Below are positions 1-8,715 of a stretch of 64,000 nucleotides of DNA, piece by piece. The position numbers and the translations under genes were made by a program. Position 1 is the first letter of the stretch. Every line of letters starts with the position of its first letter. The stretch is from contig JAVJSW010000077.1 in NCBI GenBank assembly GCA_040219255.1, positions 32,001-96,000 of the forward strand, written 5' to 3'. The notes beneath the pieces are model-generated. The model saw only the letters and a list, made by a program, of their open reading frames with translations. It was not told where the DNA came from and made no database searches. The DNA comes from Sumerlaeia bacterium (GTDB lineage: Bacteria; Sumerlaeota; Sumerlaeia; SLMS01; JAHLLQ01).

Positions 1-2
1 TT

Positions 3-722
3 GACCGCCGCTTTTCCGGGCATGCCTCTATCGCTAAGGAAGCGGGAAAGTCCGTTGCCAGCATCAAACGGGCAATCCGTGAGGCCCGCGCGATGGGAGT
101 GCTTGCCGTGAATTCTGTCACCACACCGGAAAAAGCCCGGCTGAAAAACGAATACCTCTTGGTGGCAGGATGGGACGCGGCGCGCATTCAAAGGGAACTC
201 GTGGCCCGTTTCCAGGTCGCTCGCGATGTGGCGGCGGTTCAGGCGGCGGAGATGGTTCGCCTACAAGCTTCATTTGTCGAGGCGCCCTTACCTGGGGTCG
301 CCTATGACCCCACCCCCCGGGTCACTGATGACCCTACTCCTGGGGTCGCCCATGAGCTCAATAAAGAAGAAACCGATATAGAGAAACCCTCCTTAGAAGC
401 CGAGGGAAAGGAGGCGGAGGTTTTTCAAGTTATCACGAACCTATCCGATCACTGCCAACGAAAGCCCGAAATCCTGGAAAGCCAGCTCGCCAGAGTCGGA
501 AAAGTTTTTGGAAACCGCCTCGCTCTCGTTGTCCAATTCCTGGCGAGCCGAGATGACCGAGACCCCGCCCGACGCCATGCCACAGAAACCCGCGAGGTCC
601 TTGTGGCCCTGGAGAAATACGGGCCAAGGGGCTTGACTCTGGAGCGGCTCACGAGCGTTTGGGAGTCAATGCCGCGCGAGGCGCGAGGCGAATCGCGAAG
701 TCCGGATTTTGGCCTCTCATGA
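3..722 (+). CDS. Phage/plasmid-type replication initiator-like protein with winged HTH (5' truncated by window edge)
   Basis: Frame is open from base 3: FSGHASIAKEAGKSVASIKRAIREARAMGVL (HTH_36-like), then internal 24-bp repeats and a NKEET-type linker as in phage replisome organisers. Confidence 0.65.
   Translation, partial: DRRFSGHASIAKEAGKSVASIKRAIREARAMGVLAVNSVTTPEKARLKNEYLLVAGWDAARIQRELVARFQVARDVAAVQAAEMVRLQASFVEAPLPGVAYDPTPRVTDDPTPGVAHELNKEETDIEKPSLEAEGKEAEVFQVITNLSDHCQRKPEILESQLARVGKVFGNRLALVVQFLASRDDRDPARRHATETREVLVALEKYGPRGLTLERLTSVWESMPREARGESRSPDFGLS
291..362. repeat. Three imperfect 24-bp tandem repeats with palindromic cores (candidate iterons/ori)
   Basis: cctggggtcgcctatgaccccacc / ccccgggtcactgatgaccctact / cctggggtcgcccatgagctcaat; core GGGTC-N6-GACCC. 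Confidence 0.8.
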
Positions 723-1090
723 GCACGATGCAACAATCTCGGTTTTCCCATGAGCGGCAACAATGCCCCCCCTTCAAGGATTACGAAATGCACCGAAAAC
801 GCACCCATTCACCGGCGGAAAAGGCCCGCCTTGCCGTCCTGGGCAAGTATCAAAGAAACCCCCGGCGTCCACTGCGGATGGAGTTCCTGGAGAGTCGAAT
901 GTGGCTGCTTGCCCACGAAGGCGGACCGTTTGACATCATGACGCGCGGCGGACAAACGGCGCTTGCCGAGGAACTTGGCGTGGCCCGCTCCACCGTCTCG
1001 CGATGGCTGAGGCGGGGATTTGAGGAAGCATTCGAGCGCGAGCGGCTTCGGACAAAGATTCTCGCGGCGGTCCGCGAGGGAAGGATTTGA
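719..1090 (+). CDS. Small HTH DNA-binding protein
   Basis: GQTALAEELGVARSTVSRWLRRG; ATG 719 overlaps upstream TGA (ATGA coupling). Confidence 0.7.
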   Translation: MSTMQQSRFSHERQQCPPFKDYEMHRKRTHSPAEKARLAVLGKYQRNPRRPLRMEFLESRMWLLAHEGGPFDIMTRGGQTALAEELGVARSTVSRWLRRGFEEAFERERLRTKILAAVREGRI

Positions 1091-1230
1091 CGCCATGACA
1101 ACGGCAACGACACCGGCGGCGGTGGCTGAACTTTGGGAGGCGATGAAGGCGGCGGGGCTCTCCGTCCCGGCGGAGGAACGGGCGGCGGTGGTGCCGCTTT
1201 GGGAAGCCGTTCGAGAGTCGGAAAAACTTC

Positions 1231-1272
1231 GTATCATTTGCATTGACGTGCAACAAAGCAAATGCAACACAA
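1231..1272. promoter_or_regulatory. AT-richer palindromic site upstream of the serine recombinase (candidate res site/promoter)
   Basis: TTGCA-TTGACG-TGCAA at 1238-1253 and TGCAACA repeated at 1249 and 1263. Confidence 0.35.
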
Positions 1273-1298
1273 GAGACACCTCACCGAAAGAGCGTCTC

Positions 1299-2015
1299 AT
1301 GACTCCCGCCCCCTTCGTCTCCTACGTCCGCGTTTCGACCCGCAAGCAAGCCGCTAGTGGACTCGGCTTAGAGGCTCAACGCGAAGCCGTGCAACGCCAC
1401 GTCGAAATCAGCGGCGGCGCGGTGGCGCGCGAGTTCACCGAAACCGAGAGCGGCAAGAAAGCCAACCGTCCGCAGTTGGAAAAGGCCCTGGCCTTCGCGA
1501 AGCGCAACGGAGCCACCGTTATCGTGGCGAAGCTGGACCGGCTCTCGCGCAATGTGGCGTTCCTCTCGACATTGATGGAGAGCGGCGTTGACTTCGTGGC
1601 GACGGACAACCCGGCGGCGAACCGCTTCACGCTTCACGTCCTGGCGGCGGTTGCGGAGCACGAGCGCGAAATGATTTCCCGGCGGACCAAGGAGGCCCTG
1701 GCGCAAGCGAAGGCGCGGGGAACGGCTCTCGGTTCGGCGAAACCGGGCCATTGGGACGGGCGAGAGGACCGCCGCCGCGAGGGCCAAGCCAAGGGCAACC
1801 GCCGCTCTGCGGAAGTCCGCGCCGCCGCCGCTCGCGAGGAATATGCGGACTTGCTTCCGACCATCCGCGCGATGCGTGGGGAAGGGCAAAGCCTTCGCGC
1901 CATTGCCGCCGCCCTGAATGAGTCGGGAGAGCGGACGCGGCGGGGGGCTCAGTTCACCGCGAGCCATATCGTGCGGATTATAAAAAGATTTGACCAGAAA
2001 GAGGAAGCCCAATGA
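1299..2015 (+). CDS. Serine recombinase (resolvase/invertase catalytic domain + short C-terminal recombinase-type DNA-binding domain); possible in-frame upstream start at 1095
   Basis: YVRVST..Q...GLGLEAQ, ESGK..RPQL, VAKLDRLSR motifs; C-term LRAIAAALN...TRRG. Confidence 0.93.
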   Translation: MTPAPFVSYVRVSTRKQAASGLGLEAQREAVQRHVEISGGAVAREFTETESGKKANRPQLEKALAFAKRNGATVIVAKLDRLSRNVAFLSTLMESGVDFVATDNPAANRFTLHVLAAVAEHEREMISRRTKEALAQAKARGTALGSAKPGHWDGREDRRREGQAKGNRRSAEVRAAAAREEYADLLPTIRAMRGEGQSLRAIAAALNESGERTRRGAQFTASHIVRIIKRFDQKEEAQ

Positions 2016-2611
2016 GTATGTTGTCAGCAATTCTCGTCATCATCGTGACCGTCATTGCCATAAAAGATCGCAAGAACATTTCAGTCTTGCACCGTGTTTC
2101 CGTTCCAATTTGCACACTACTTCTCGCTTTGGCATACCTATTCATCAATAGCACACTGTCCTTGATTTACCTTCCGTACCTAGATGTAAACTGGGACAAT
2201 CTCGACAGAGAACGCTCATCGGTCATGGCCTATGACCGTCCAACACGTGACGGTGATGTGAAGGTCGTGCTTAGGACATATATATTCAACAACGAGCAAG
2301 ACCAGTCAAACTACTATCACAATAGAAGCATTGAGAAAAACATAAAATGGGTAACCTTGGCTTCGATAGCTCTTGTATTCCCCCTGTCTTTCATGCTATC
2401 TAATATTATTCTAGACCTGACTCGCGACGACAAAAGATTTGATAAAAAGATTGCAAAGTGGATCGCAGCAGCCTTCCTTGTGTTCATGTGCATATCTGTG
2501 TCCGAGTACATTTTGAAGCCAGTTTTACCGCCTGCTGAACACTGGACCCCCTGGTGGGCCTCGAAGATAAATAGATTAGAGCAAGACTGGGCAAGCATTC
2601 TCTGGCCTTAA
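2012..2611 (+). CDS. Low-GC hypothetical multi-pass membrane protein (cargo)
   Basis: About 4 hydrophobic segments; clearly lower GC than flanks; ATGA overlap with recombinase stop. Confidence 0.7.
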   Translation: MSMLSAILVIIVTVIAIKDRKNISVLHRVSVPICTLLLALAYLFINSTLSLIYLPYLDVNWDNLDRERSSVMAYDRPTRDGDVKVVLRTYIFNNEQDQSNYYHNRSIEKNIKWVTLASIALVFPLSFMLSNIILDLTRDDKRFDKKIAKWIAAAFLVFMCISVSEYILKPVLPPAEHWTPWWASKINRLEQDWASILWP

Positions 2612-2635
2612 CAACTAATCGACTGGAGTCAGTTC

Positions 2636-3832
2636 ATGAAGATCAGATACCGAGAAAGCAAAGCCGGGGGCTTTTGGCAAATGGACGGACGCCTCAAGGG
2701 CGAACGCATCCGCCAGAGGCTCGCGGGAGTCCAGACCCGGAAGGAAGCCGAGCAAATCGCTAGCATTATTTGGGGCGACATGGAGAAAAAGGCCCTGATG
2801 GGAGACGTTCCCGTTCCAACCCGCCGCGAGAAAACCGTCACCTTGGGCGCGTTCCTGGGGGGAGACGCAAGCCGGGCGGGGATTTCCCCGTGGACGGCGC
2901 GAAGCGAGAGGGACGCGCACAACGCGCTCTTTCGCTCCCTCGCCACTGCAAGCCGCCCCGTCATGAGCCTGAAAACCTCAGATGTGGAGGCGTACAAGTC
3001 AAAGCGTGAGAAAGACGGGTTGAAACCGCGAGGAATCAATCACCCGCTTCAAGTCTTACGCGCCGCCCTTCGTCGTGGCGTTCGCAATGGCGTTCTCTCG
3101 CGGGTGCCTTGCGAAATCCAGTTTGTGGCGGACAACGCCACGCGCCGCCGCGCCCTGAACCGCAAGGAAGCCCTCGCCCTTCTCTCCGCCGCGAAGGAAG
3201 CGGGGATTGGCGATGAAGTGACGGTTTTCCTGAATACCGGTCTGCGGCGGATGGAACTCTTTGAGTTGCAATGGTCTCAGGTGGATTTTGACTCTGGCAC
3301 ACTCTCGATCACAACGCAGAAGCGCGGCGGCGCGTCGGACAGAAGAACCGATGTTCTCCCACTCAACGCGGCGGTGGCGGAAGTGCTCACGCGGCGGGCG
3401 AAAGCCTACGAAGGCGAGAAACCGCCCTCAGAGGCGTTTGTCTTTGGCATCCGACCCGAGGCCCGCCGCGAGGCAACCGGCAAGCACAAACCCGCCAAGA
3501 AGGGCACCTTGGGCGGCGTGACGTGCCGGATGGACTACCGCTTTGGCGACAAGCTCAAACGCGCCGCCCGTCTGGCAGGCATCGAAAACCCGCACGAGGT
3601 CACACCGCACGTCCTTCGCCATACGTTCGCAACCTGCGTCTTGAACAGCGGCGCCACCGTGAGGGACACGCAAGCGCTTCTCCGCCACCGCTCGCCAGAA
3701 CTCACCTTGCGGCTTTATTGCCACGAGGGATGGGACGGCATGAAACGCGCCACGGACGCGGCGATTTTCCAGGCGGCGGACGTTGTGGAATGGTCACCAG
3801 TTGGTCACGAGACCAGAAAGAAGGCAGTCTAA
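2636..3832 (+). CDS. Tyrosine recombinase/phage integrase
   Basis: TGLRRMEL, HVLRHTFAT, LLRH...T.RLY catalytic motifs; adjacent to tRNA fragment. Confidence 0.95.
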   Translation: MKIRYRESKAGGFWQMDGRLKGERIRQRLAGVQTRKEAEQIASIIWGDMEKKALMGDVPVPTRREKTVTLGAFLGGDASRAGISPWTARSERDAHNALFRSLATASRPVMSLKTSDVEAYKSKREKDGLKPRGINHPLQVLRAALRRGVRNGVLSRVPCEIQFVADNATRRRALNRKEALALLSAAKEAGIGDEVTVFLNTGLRRMELFELQWSQVDFDSGTLSITTQKRGGASDRRTDVLPLNAAVAEVLTRRAKAYEGEKPPSEAFVFGIRPEARREATGKHKPAKKGTLGGVTCRMDYRFGDKLKRAARLAGIENPHEVTPHVLRHTFATCVLNSGATVRDTQALLRHRSPELTLRLYCHEGWDGMKRATDAAIFQAADVVEWSPVGHETRKKAV

Positions 3833-3842
3833 ACCATTGATA
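3830..3842 (-). promoter_or_regulatory. IHF-consensus site beside att
   Basis: TAAACCATTGATA is the reverse complement of WATCAANNNNTTR; sits inside a GTCTAAA...TTTAGAC inverted repeat. Confidence 0.55.
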
Positions 3843-3870
3843 GCATTTGACTTTAGACGCACTCCCAATC

Positions 3871-3918
3871 CGCTTGGGGTGCGAGAGGTCGCAGGTTCAA
3901 ATCCTGTCATCCCGACCA
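3871..3918 (+). tRNA. 3' half of tRNA-Pro(GGG) only = att site duplicate, not an intact tRNA
   Basis: cgc-TTGGGGT-gcgag anticodon arm, GGTC-GCAGG-TTCAAAT-CCTGT T arm, CATCCCG-ACCA end; no 5' acceptor strand or D arm upstream. Confidence 0.9.
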
Positions 3919-3945
3919 GTCAGTTTCCAGGTTAGTCGATCGAAG

Positions 3946-3977
3946 AGGGCCTTGGTGGTTTCACCGGGGCCTTTTTT
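3946..3977 (+). terminator. Rho-independent terminator (original tRNA terminator)
   Basis: ggccttggtg-gttt-caccggggcc hairpin followed by T6. Confidence 0.8.
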
Positions 3978-4138
3978 CGTTGGCCGGCGGCGGCGACCGT
4001 GAGGATTGACGAGGCGGGCTCGCTCTGTTTACTGCCATGGTATTTGGTGCAGCGGTGTTTGAGCAGTGGTGTTTAGAGCAGTGGTGTCTTCGCATCTTTG
4101 AGTTTTTCTATTCGATTCTCCATCATGGGTGAGGGTCT

Positions 4139-6730
4139 ATGTCGCCGCAGGCCAGTCATTCGATCGCAATGCCCGCCGCTCCCTCCGAGCCGATGGCCGG
4201 GTTGAAGGACCTGCCGGCGGCGGACTGGTTTCAGAAGGCGCCGCTGCTGTGGCTGGCGTGTCTGCCTTTGATTCCGCGCGACTTGATCGTCTTCAGCCCC
4301 TCCATCTCGATCGGGCTGGGCCTGGGTTGGCTCGCGGCTGTCTTCGCGATCGTCAGTGTCTTTTATTGGCGGGGATGGCTGGCGGGGATGTCGGCGCCGG
4401 TGGTTCTCGGTACCTGCTTTTTTCTCTGGCTTTCCGTCCGAACGGGCTTCGCCGGTTCCTATGTGTCGCGGCTGGGGCTCTTTGGGCTTCTGGCGTTCTT
4501 GCTGGGGGCGAGCCTGCATCGGCGGCATTTGCTGTTTTTTCTTCGGGCGTGGATTGTGGCGCTTTGGTTCATTCTCGCGTTGGCGGCGTTGGAGTGGGCG
4601 GGCCTGCTGGGTCAGCCCGTCCTCGACCTTTGGCGCTTTCGCACCTTCACCTTTGGCGAGGCGGAACGCCTGAGCGCCTCCTTCTTCCATCCGAATCTTT
4701 TCGCATTCTATCTTCTGCTGTCGCTGGTGGTGATGGTCTGGGCGTGCTATGCGAGACGCCTGTCGGGGCGCGGTTGCTGGCACCTCTGGCTGCAAGCGTC
4801 GTTCTGCGGTCTGTTCCTGTCGTTGACGTACAGCCGGGGAGTGATCCTGGCGGCGGCGGTTCTTGCGGGCGGGATGTTGCTTCTGCCCCGGTGCCGTTTC
4901 CGCGTTCCCAGGCGGGTGCTGCTTTCCGTGGCAGCCGCTGCGGCGTTGGGTATGGCGACTGGGGTGTGGTCGGCGCGCGAAGTCTGGGTCGCCCGCGTTC
5001 TGCAAGTGGGTGCAATGGCGGATCAGGCGATGGGGGCGACCGAGCGCGTGACCGTTGGCGAGGATGTGGCCGTGCCTCTGCAGACGTTGTCCGCCGAGCA
5101 GCTCGATGTGGTGGGCCGCGTCGATATTTGGAGGGACGCGCTCGATTTCTTCGCCGAGTCGCCGATTTTCGGCCACGGGGTCGGTGAATTCTTTCGCTGG
5201 GGCCAGGGCTTCTTCCATGCGCATAATGTCTTGCTGGAATTGATCGTTTCGGGCGGTTTGGTGGCATTGATGCTCCTGGCTGGTATCATTGTTTTTTCGC
5301 GCCGCCTATTCCCTCTGAGGGTCTGGCATATCTTTCTTTTGACTTTTTTGTGTGCGGGGATTTTCGATTGCTTTCTGTTCTTTCGTTTTCCTTTTCTCTT
5401 GTTCGCGCTCGCCCTTGGGGTGATCTGCCGGACAGAGCAGGGAGACACACCGTCGTCGTGGAGTGTGCCGCGCTGGCGGCCCCTCGACGGCGCTCGGACG
5501 ATACAGATCCGGCGTCACGCGCTGTGGATGGGCGGGCTGTTTTTGTTGCTGGGGGTTTCCCGTCTGACGTATCAGCTCTATCATCATGCTTATCCCATCG
5601 ATTCCTTCACATTTTACGCTTCCGTGCGTTATGCCCTGACGACTCATCAATTGCCCTATGTGGCTTGGCCTTCCGGGCTTCGCCTGCCCGATTATCTGCC
5701 GATGACGGAATGGTGCCTGGAGGAGTTCAACGCGGTTCCATTCCGTTTCTTTTATCCACCTTCTGCAATTCTGGTGCTGGCGCCGTTGGGATTCTTTCCA
5801 AATCCTGTGGCCGGCACGGCGGGGTATTATGTTTTCCAGTTCGTGATGGTTCTGTCCATCATCTATGGAGCAAGTCTTCTCAGCGAAACCAAGGGGGCTT
5901 TATGGCTGGCCGCGATTTTTGTTTTCGCTTTCGCGGAAACGCAGATGGATATGCTGGTTGGCAATGTCAGTTTGTTCATGGGGGCCTTGGCGGTTTGGGC
6001 GTGGATTTGCCACGCGCGGGGATACCCGCTCGCCGCTGGCGCCCTAATCGCCATCGCGACCGGGGTGAAAGTTTTTCCGGTGATCTGGTTGCTGTACGCG
6101 GTTGCCAAACCTCGGGGGTCGCTTCGGTTGTTCAGCGGTTTCGCCGTGACTGGGGGCGTCCTTTTCGGCCTCAGCCTCGCGGTGTTTGGCTGGGATTTTT
6201 GGGTCCAGTATAAGTTCTGGGTCCTGGACGCATTGAGCCTGTATCCGCCCCGGGGGCCGAACAGCTCTCTTCTCGGCCTTCTCTGGATCGTCCGCGGCGA
6301 GGAAGTTCCCTGGCTCCGGGCGGGTCTTCTGGCGTCGCTGGCGCTCGCGATCGGCACGGCGGCTTTTCGGCTGCGAAGCGACCCGGACGCGCCGCCCCGC
6401 CTCGCGCTCAGCGTCCTCGCTTTTTCCGTCCTCGCCAGCCCGGTGGCCTGGTCCCATTATCATGTCGTTCCACTTGGACTGCTGGTGTCACAAATTGCTT
6501 GCAACGCGCCTCATCCCACCCGACGATTGGCATATGGTTTCTTGCTTGCATTCGTGTGCTTGTCGCTAGGGTTTTTCCCTTCGGCAAACTGGATCGCAAC
6601 TCAGTTCGGCGCCTCGGGCCTCGTTCTCCTCACCGTGCTTCCGCTTTTCCAGAGCTTGCGCAAGGAGTCGAGTTGTAATGGTAAGCGACCTATCGGTTCG
6701 AAACCGGCTCCTCTTGCGGCGTCCATCTAG
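4139..6730 (+). CDS. Fusion: O-antigen ligase/Wzy_C-like domain + GT87 (DUF2029)-like glycosyltransferase
   Basis: N-half R..ASFFHPNLFA, TYSRG, R.DIW, PIFGHG.G, HAHN..LE; C-half D...FY, FFYPP, GNVS, GVKVFP, NSSL, SPVAWSHY. Confidence 0.85.
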   Translation: MSPQASHSIAMPAAPSEPMAGLKDLPAADWFQKAPLLWLACLPLIPRDLIVFSPSISIGLGLGWLAAVFAIVSVFYWRGWLAGMSAPVVLGTCFFLWLSVRTGFAGSYVSRLGLFGLLAFLLGASLHRRHLLFFLRAWIVALWFILALAALEWAGLLGQPVLDLWRFRTFTFGEAERLSASFFHPNLFAFYLLLSLVVMVWACYARRLSGRGCWHLWLQASFCGLFLSLTYSRGVILAAAVLAGGMLLLPRCRFRVPRRVLLSVAAAAALGMATGVWSAREVWVARVLQVGAMADQAMGATERVTVGEDVAVPLQTLSAEQLDVVGRVDIWRDALDFFAESPIFGHGVGEFFRWGQGFFHAHNVLLELIVSGGLVALMLLAGIIVFSRRLFPLRVWHIFLLTFLCAGIFDCFLFFRFPFLLFALALGVICRTEQGDTPSSWSVPRWRPLDGARTIQIRRHALWMGGLFLLLGVSRLTYQLYHHAYPIDSFTFYASVRYALTTHQLPYVAWPSGLRLPDYLPMTEWCLEEFNAVPFRFFYPPSAILVLAPLGFFPNPVAGTAGYYVFQFVMVLSIIYGASLLSETKGALWLAAIFVFAFAETQMDMLVGNVSLFMGALAVWAWICHARGYPLAAGALIAIATGVKVFPVIWLLYAVAKPRGSLRLFSGFAVTGGVLFGLSLAVFGWDFWVQYKFWVLDALSLYPPRGPNSSLLGLLWIVRGEEVPWLRAGLLASLALAIGTAAFRLRSDPDAPPRLALSVLAFSVLASPVAWSHYHVVPLGLLVSQIACNAPHPTRRLAYGFLLAFVCLSLGFFPSANWIATQFGASGLVLLTVLPLFQSLRKESSCNGKRPIGSKPAPLAASI

Positions 6731-6795
6731 ATCTCCGCTGGAAGTGTCAATGTCGTGTTTCTCCCTTTACCCTCTCCCTCGGAAAGGTCAGCTCT

Positions 6796-8535
6796 ATGCT
6801 CACCAAAAGCACCCTGTCCCCCATGGTTGGCTACGGCTTGGCCGCTGGCCTGCTCCTGGGAACGTCCGCGATCTTTACCTATTACGGCGATGAAGGCGGC
6901 GACGAGATCGAATTCGCGCGGGTCTCGACGGCCTCGGCGACGTACCTTCCGGGCGTGGATTCGACGCCCCAACTCGAAGCGGTAGTCTTCGGTTCGACGC
7001 TGACCGTGAGCCCGGGCCCGACGGCCTCGATCTATGGCGAGTTCGTTTTCGGCGATCCCGCCCAGGATGTCGCCACCTGGAACATCACCCGCACCGCACG
7101 CTATCTGACGGATTCGGCGGGGGCGGATGTGATGTTCTGCTATCCGCCCAACCTGGCTCCCGGGACCTATGGCTACGTGGTCCGATTCTATCATGAAGCG
7201 CAGGTTGTGGTGGGCGACCTGGACGGTAGCACGAACGGCATTTCCAGCGATGAGTACGGCCTGCTGACGGTTCTGGCTCCCGCCGACCCGTCGATCTACC
7301 TGCGCGGCGAGGTGTGGCCGCCGTGGGCCGCCCGCCCCGACCGCATCGCCGGGGCCAATATCTACATCAACAACGACAGCTTCTCCACCTTACCGGCGCC
7401 GACGGTTCGGATCACCACCGATTCGGGCGACATCCTGTTCACGAACGGCGACCCGACCCGGCGATCCGTTATCGACTTCACGGCTCCTTCTTCCCTCGGA
7501 CCCCAGGAAACCTACTACGATTACTTCCTCTTCGAGACGGGTACGGTGGCGCCGAACACGATCAGCTTCACGCTCTCGCTACTGGAAGGCGGCCCCGGGA
7601 GCGACGTCAAGCGCACGCTCAATACCGGCTCGACGTTCATCGGAACCTCCTTCGATCCGAACGAAAAGCTCGGCCCGACGGGCATTGGCCCGGACCGCCA
7701 GATTCTTCTGGGCACGATGAACTACCGCATCAACTTCGAGAACGTGGAAACCGCCACGGCGGACGCGCAGGTCGTCACGGTCGAGGACGAACTGACGTTC
7801 GACTTCGAGCCTGGCTCGTTCCTGTTCGAGAGTTTCGGTTGGAGCAACAACGTCTATACGGTGTCGCCCCCGGCCGAGAACTTCAGCCAGTCGATCGACA
7901 TTTCGACCGATCTGCGCGTCGACGTCGTGGGCGTGCTGGACACGGCCACGACGGTTCCAAAGGCCACCGTGACCTTTACCACGATCGATAAGAACACCGA
8001 CATGCTGCCGATCTTCGATGGCTTCCTGCCGCCGAACGACGACGAAGGTATCGGCGAGGGCTTTGTCACGTTCCAGGTGCTGCCGGACCTCGACACTCCC
8101 GTCGGAACGGTCATCAGCAATGAAGCGCTCATCTTCTTCGACACCAATCCCCCCATCAGCACCTCGGACGCGCCGAACAGCGGGCCCTGGACCAACCAGA
8201 TCGCGGACCTGCCGCCAGGCACGCCGGACATCCCGCTGCCCGCCGACGGCAGCGTGAACGTGCCCTTCGAACTCGGACAGCTCTCCTGTTCAAACCCCGA
8301 TGGCGCCTCTGAATTCAACGTCTATGTGTGGCGGGCGAGCGATCCCAAGCCGAGCCATCCGACGGTGGAGGGCTTGTCCCAACCAGTGCTGCTCCTGGGC
8401 GACGACCTCGACCCGAACACGCAGTACCGCTGGCAGGTGGAAGCCGCCAATCCCTGGGGCACGACGCCAAGCACCGAGTGGACCTTCAACACCGGCAGCA
8501 CCGGCGTCGGCGGTCTGTGGCGGTCGGTGGACTGA
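6796..8535 (+). CDS. Secreted acidic surface protein with SFDPNEK (DUF7619-like) Ig domain and C-terminal FN3-like domain
   Basis: Hydrophobic N-terminus; SFDPNEK.GP, YRINFEN..TA.AQ.V.V.D.L, GFLPPN...GEGFVTF, A.IFFD.NPPI; L.PNTQYRWQVEA.N..G. Confidence 0.8.
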   Translation: MLTKSTLSPMVGYGLAAGLLLGTSAIFTYYGDEGGDEIEFARVSTASATYLPGVDSTPQLEAVVFGSTLTVSPGPTASIYGEFVFGDPAQDVATWNITRTARYLTDSAGADVMFCYPPNLAPGTYGYVVRFYHEAQVVVGDLDGSTNGISSDEYGLLTVLAPADPSIYLRGEVWPPWAARPDRIAGANIYINNDSFSTLPAPTVRITTDSGDILFTNGDPTRRSVIDFTAPSSLGPQETYYDYFLFETGTVAPNTISFTLSLLEGGPGSDVKRTLNTGSTFIGTSFDPNEKLGPTGIGPDRQILLGTMNYRINFENVETATADAQVVTVEDELTFDFEPGSFLFESFGWSNNVYTVSPPAENFSQSIDISTDLRVDVVGVLDTATTVPKATVTFTTIDKNTDMLPIFDGFLPPNDDEGIGEGFVTFQVLPDLDTPVGTVISNEALIFFDTNPPISTSDAPNSGPWTNQIADLPPGTPDIPLPADGSVNVPFELGQLSCSNPDGASEFNVYVWRASDPKPSHPTVEGLSQPVLLLGDDLDPNTQYRWQVEAANPWGTTPSTEWTFNTGSTGVGGLWRSVD

Positions 8536-8575
8536 ACCGAGCGGTCTGAACCGCGACTTCCCAAGAGCGACATGC

Positions 8576-8622
8576 GCCCGCATCCGATCTCACGCTGAGG
8601 CCGGATGTGGACGTTTTTCTTT
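8576..8622 (+). terminator. Probable intrinsic terminator
   Basis: ccgcatccg...cggatgtgg stem followed by tttttcttt. Confidence 0.55.
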
Positions 8623-8715
8623 GGAGCCAGCTCCAGGCGCCGAGTCAAATTCCCATAGCCCCAAGGAGAAACGCTGGCCCAGCGTGCAGGCGGCTGCTAC
8701 CTTTTCCCGCGCTCT

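Larger units (their letters stand above)
1..3918. mobile_element. Right part of a tRNA-Pro-integrated element (satellite/IME/prophage-like); left end lies outside the window
   Basis: Co-oriented HTH rep-like gene, HTH gene, serine recombinase, low-GC cargo and tyrosine integrase, ending at a 3' tRNA fragment (att). Confidence 0.88.

Noticed and set aside
3841-3918. Intact tRNA-Pro gene
   Set aside because: No CGGGATG 5' acceptor strand or D arm upstream; similarity begins within the anticodon stem, so it is an att fragment
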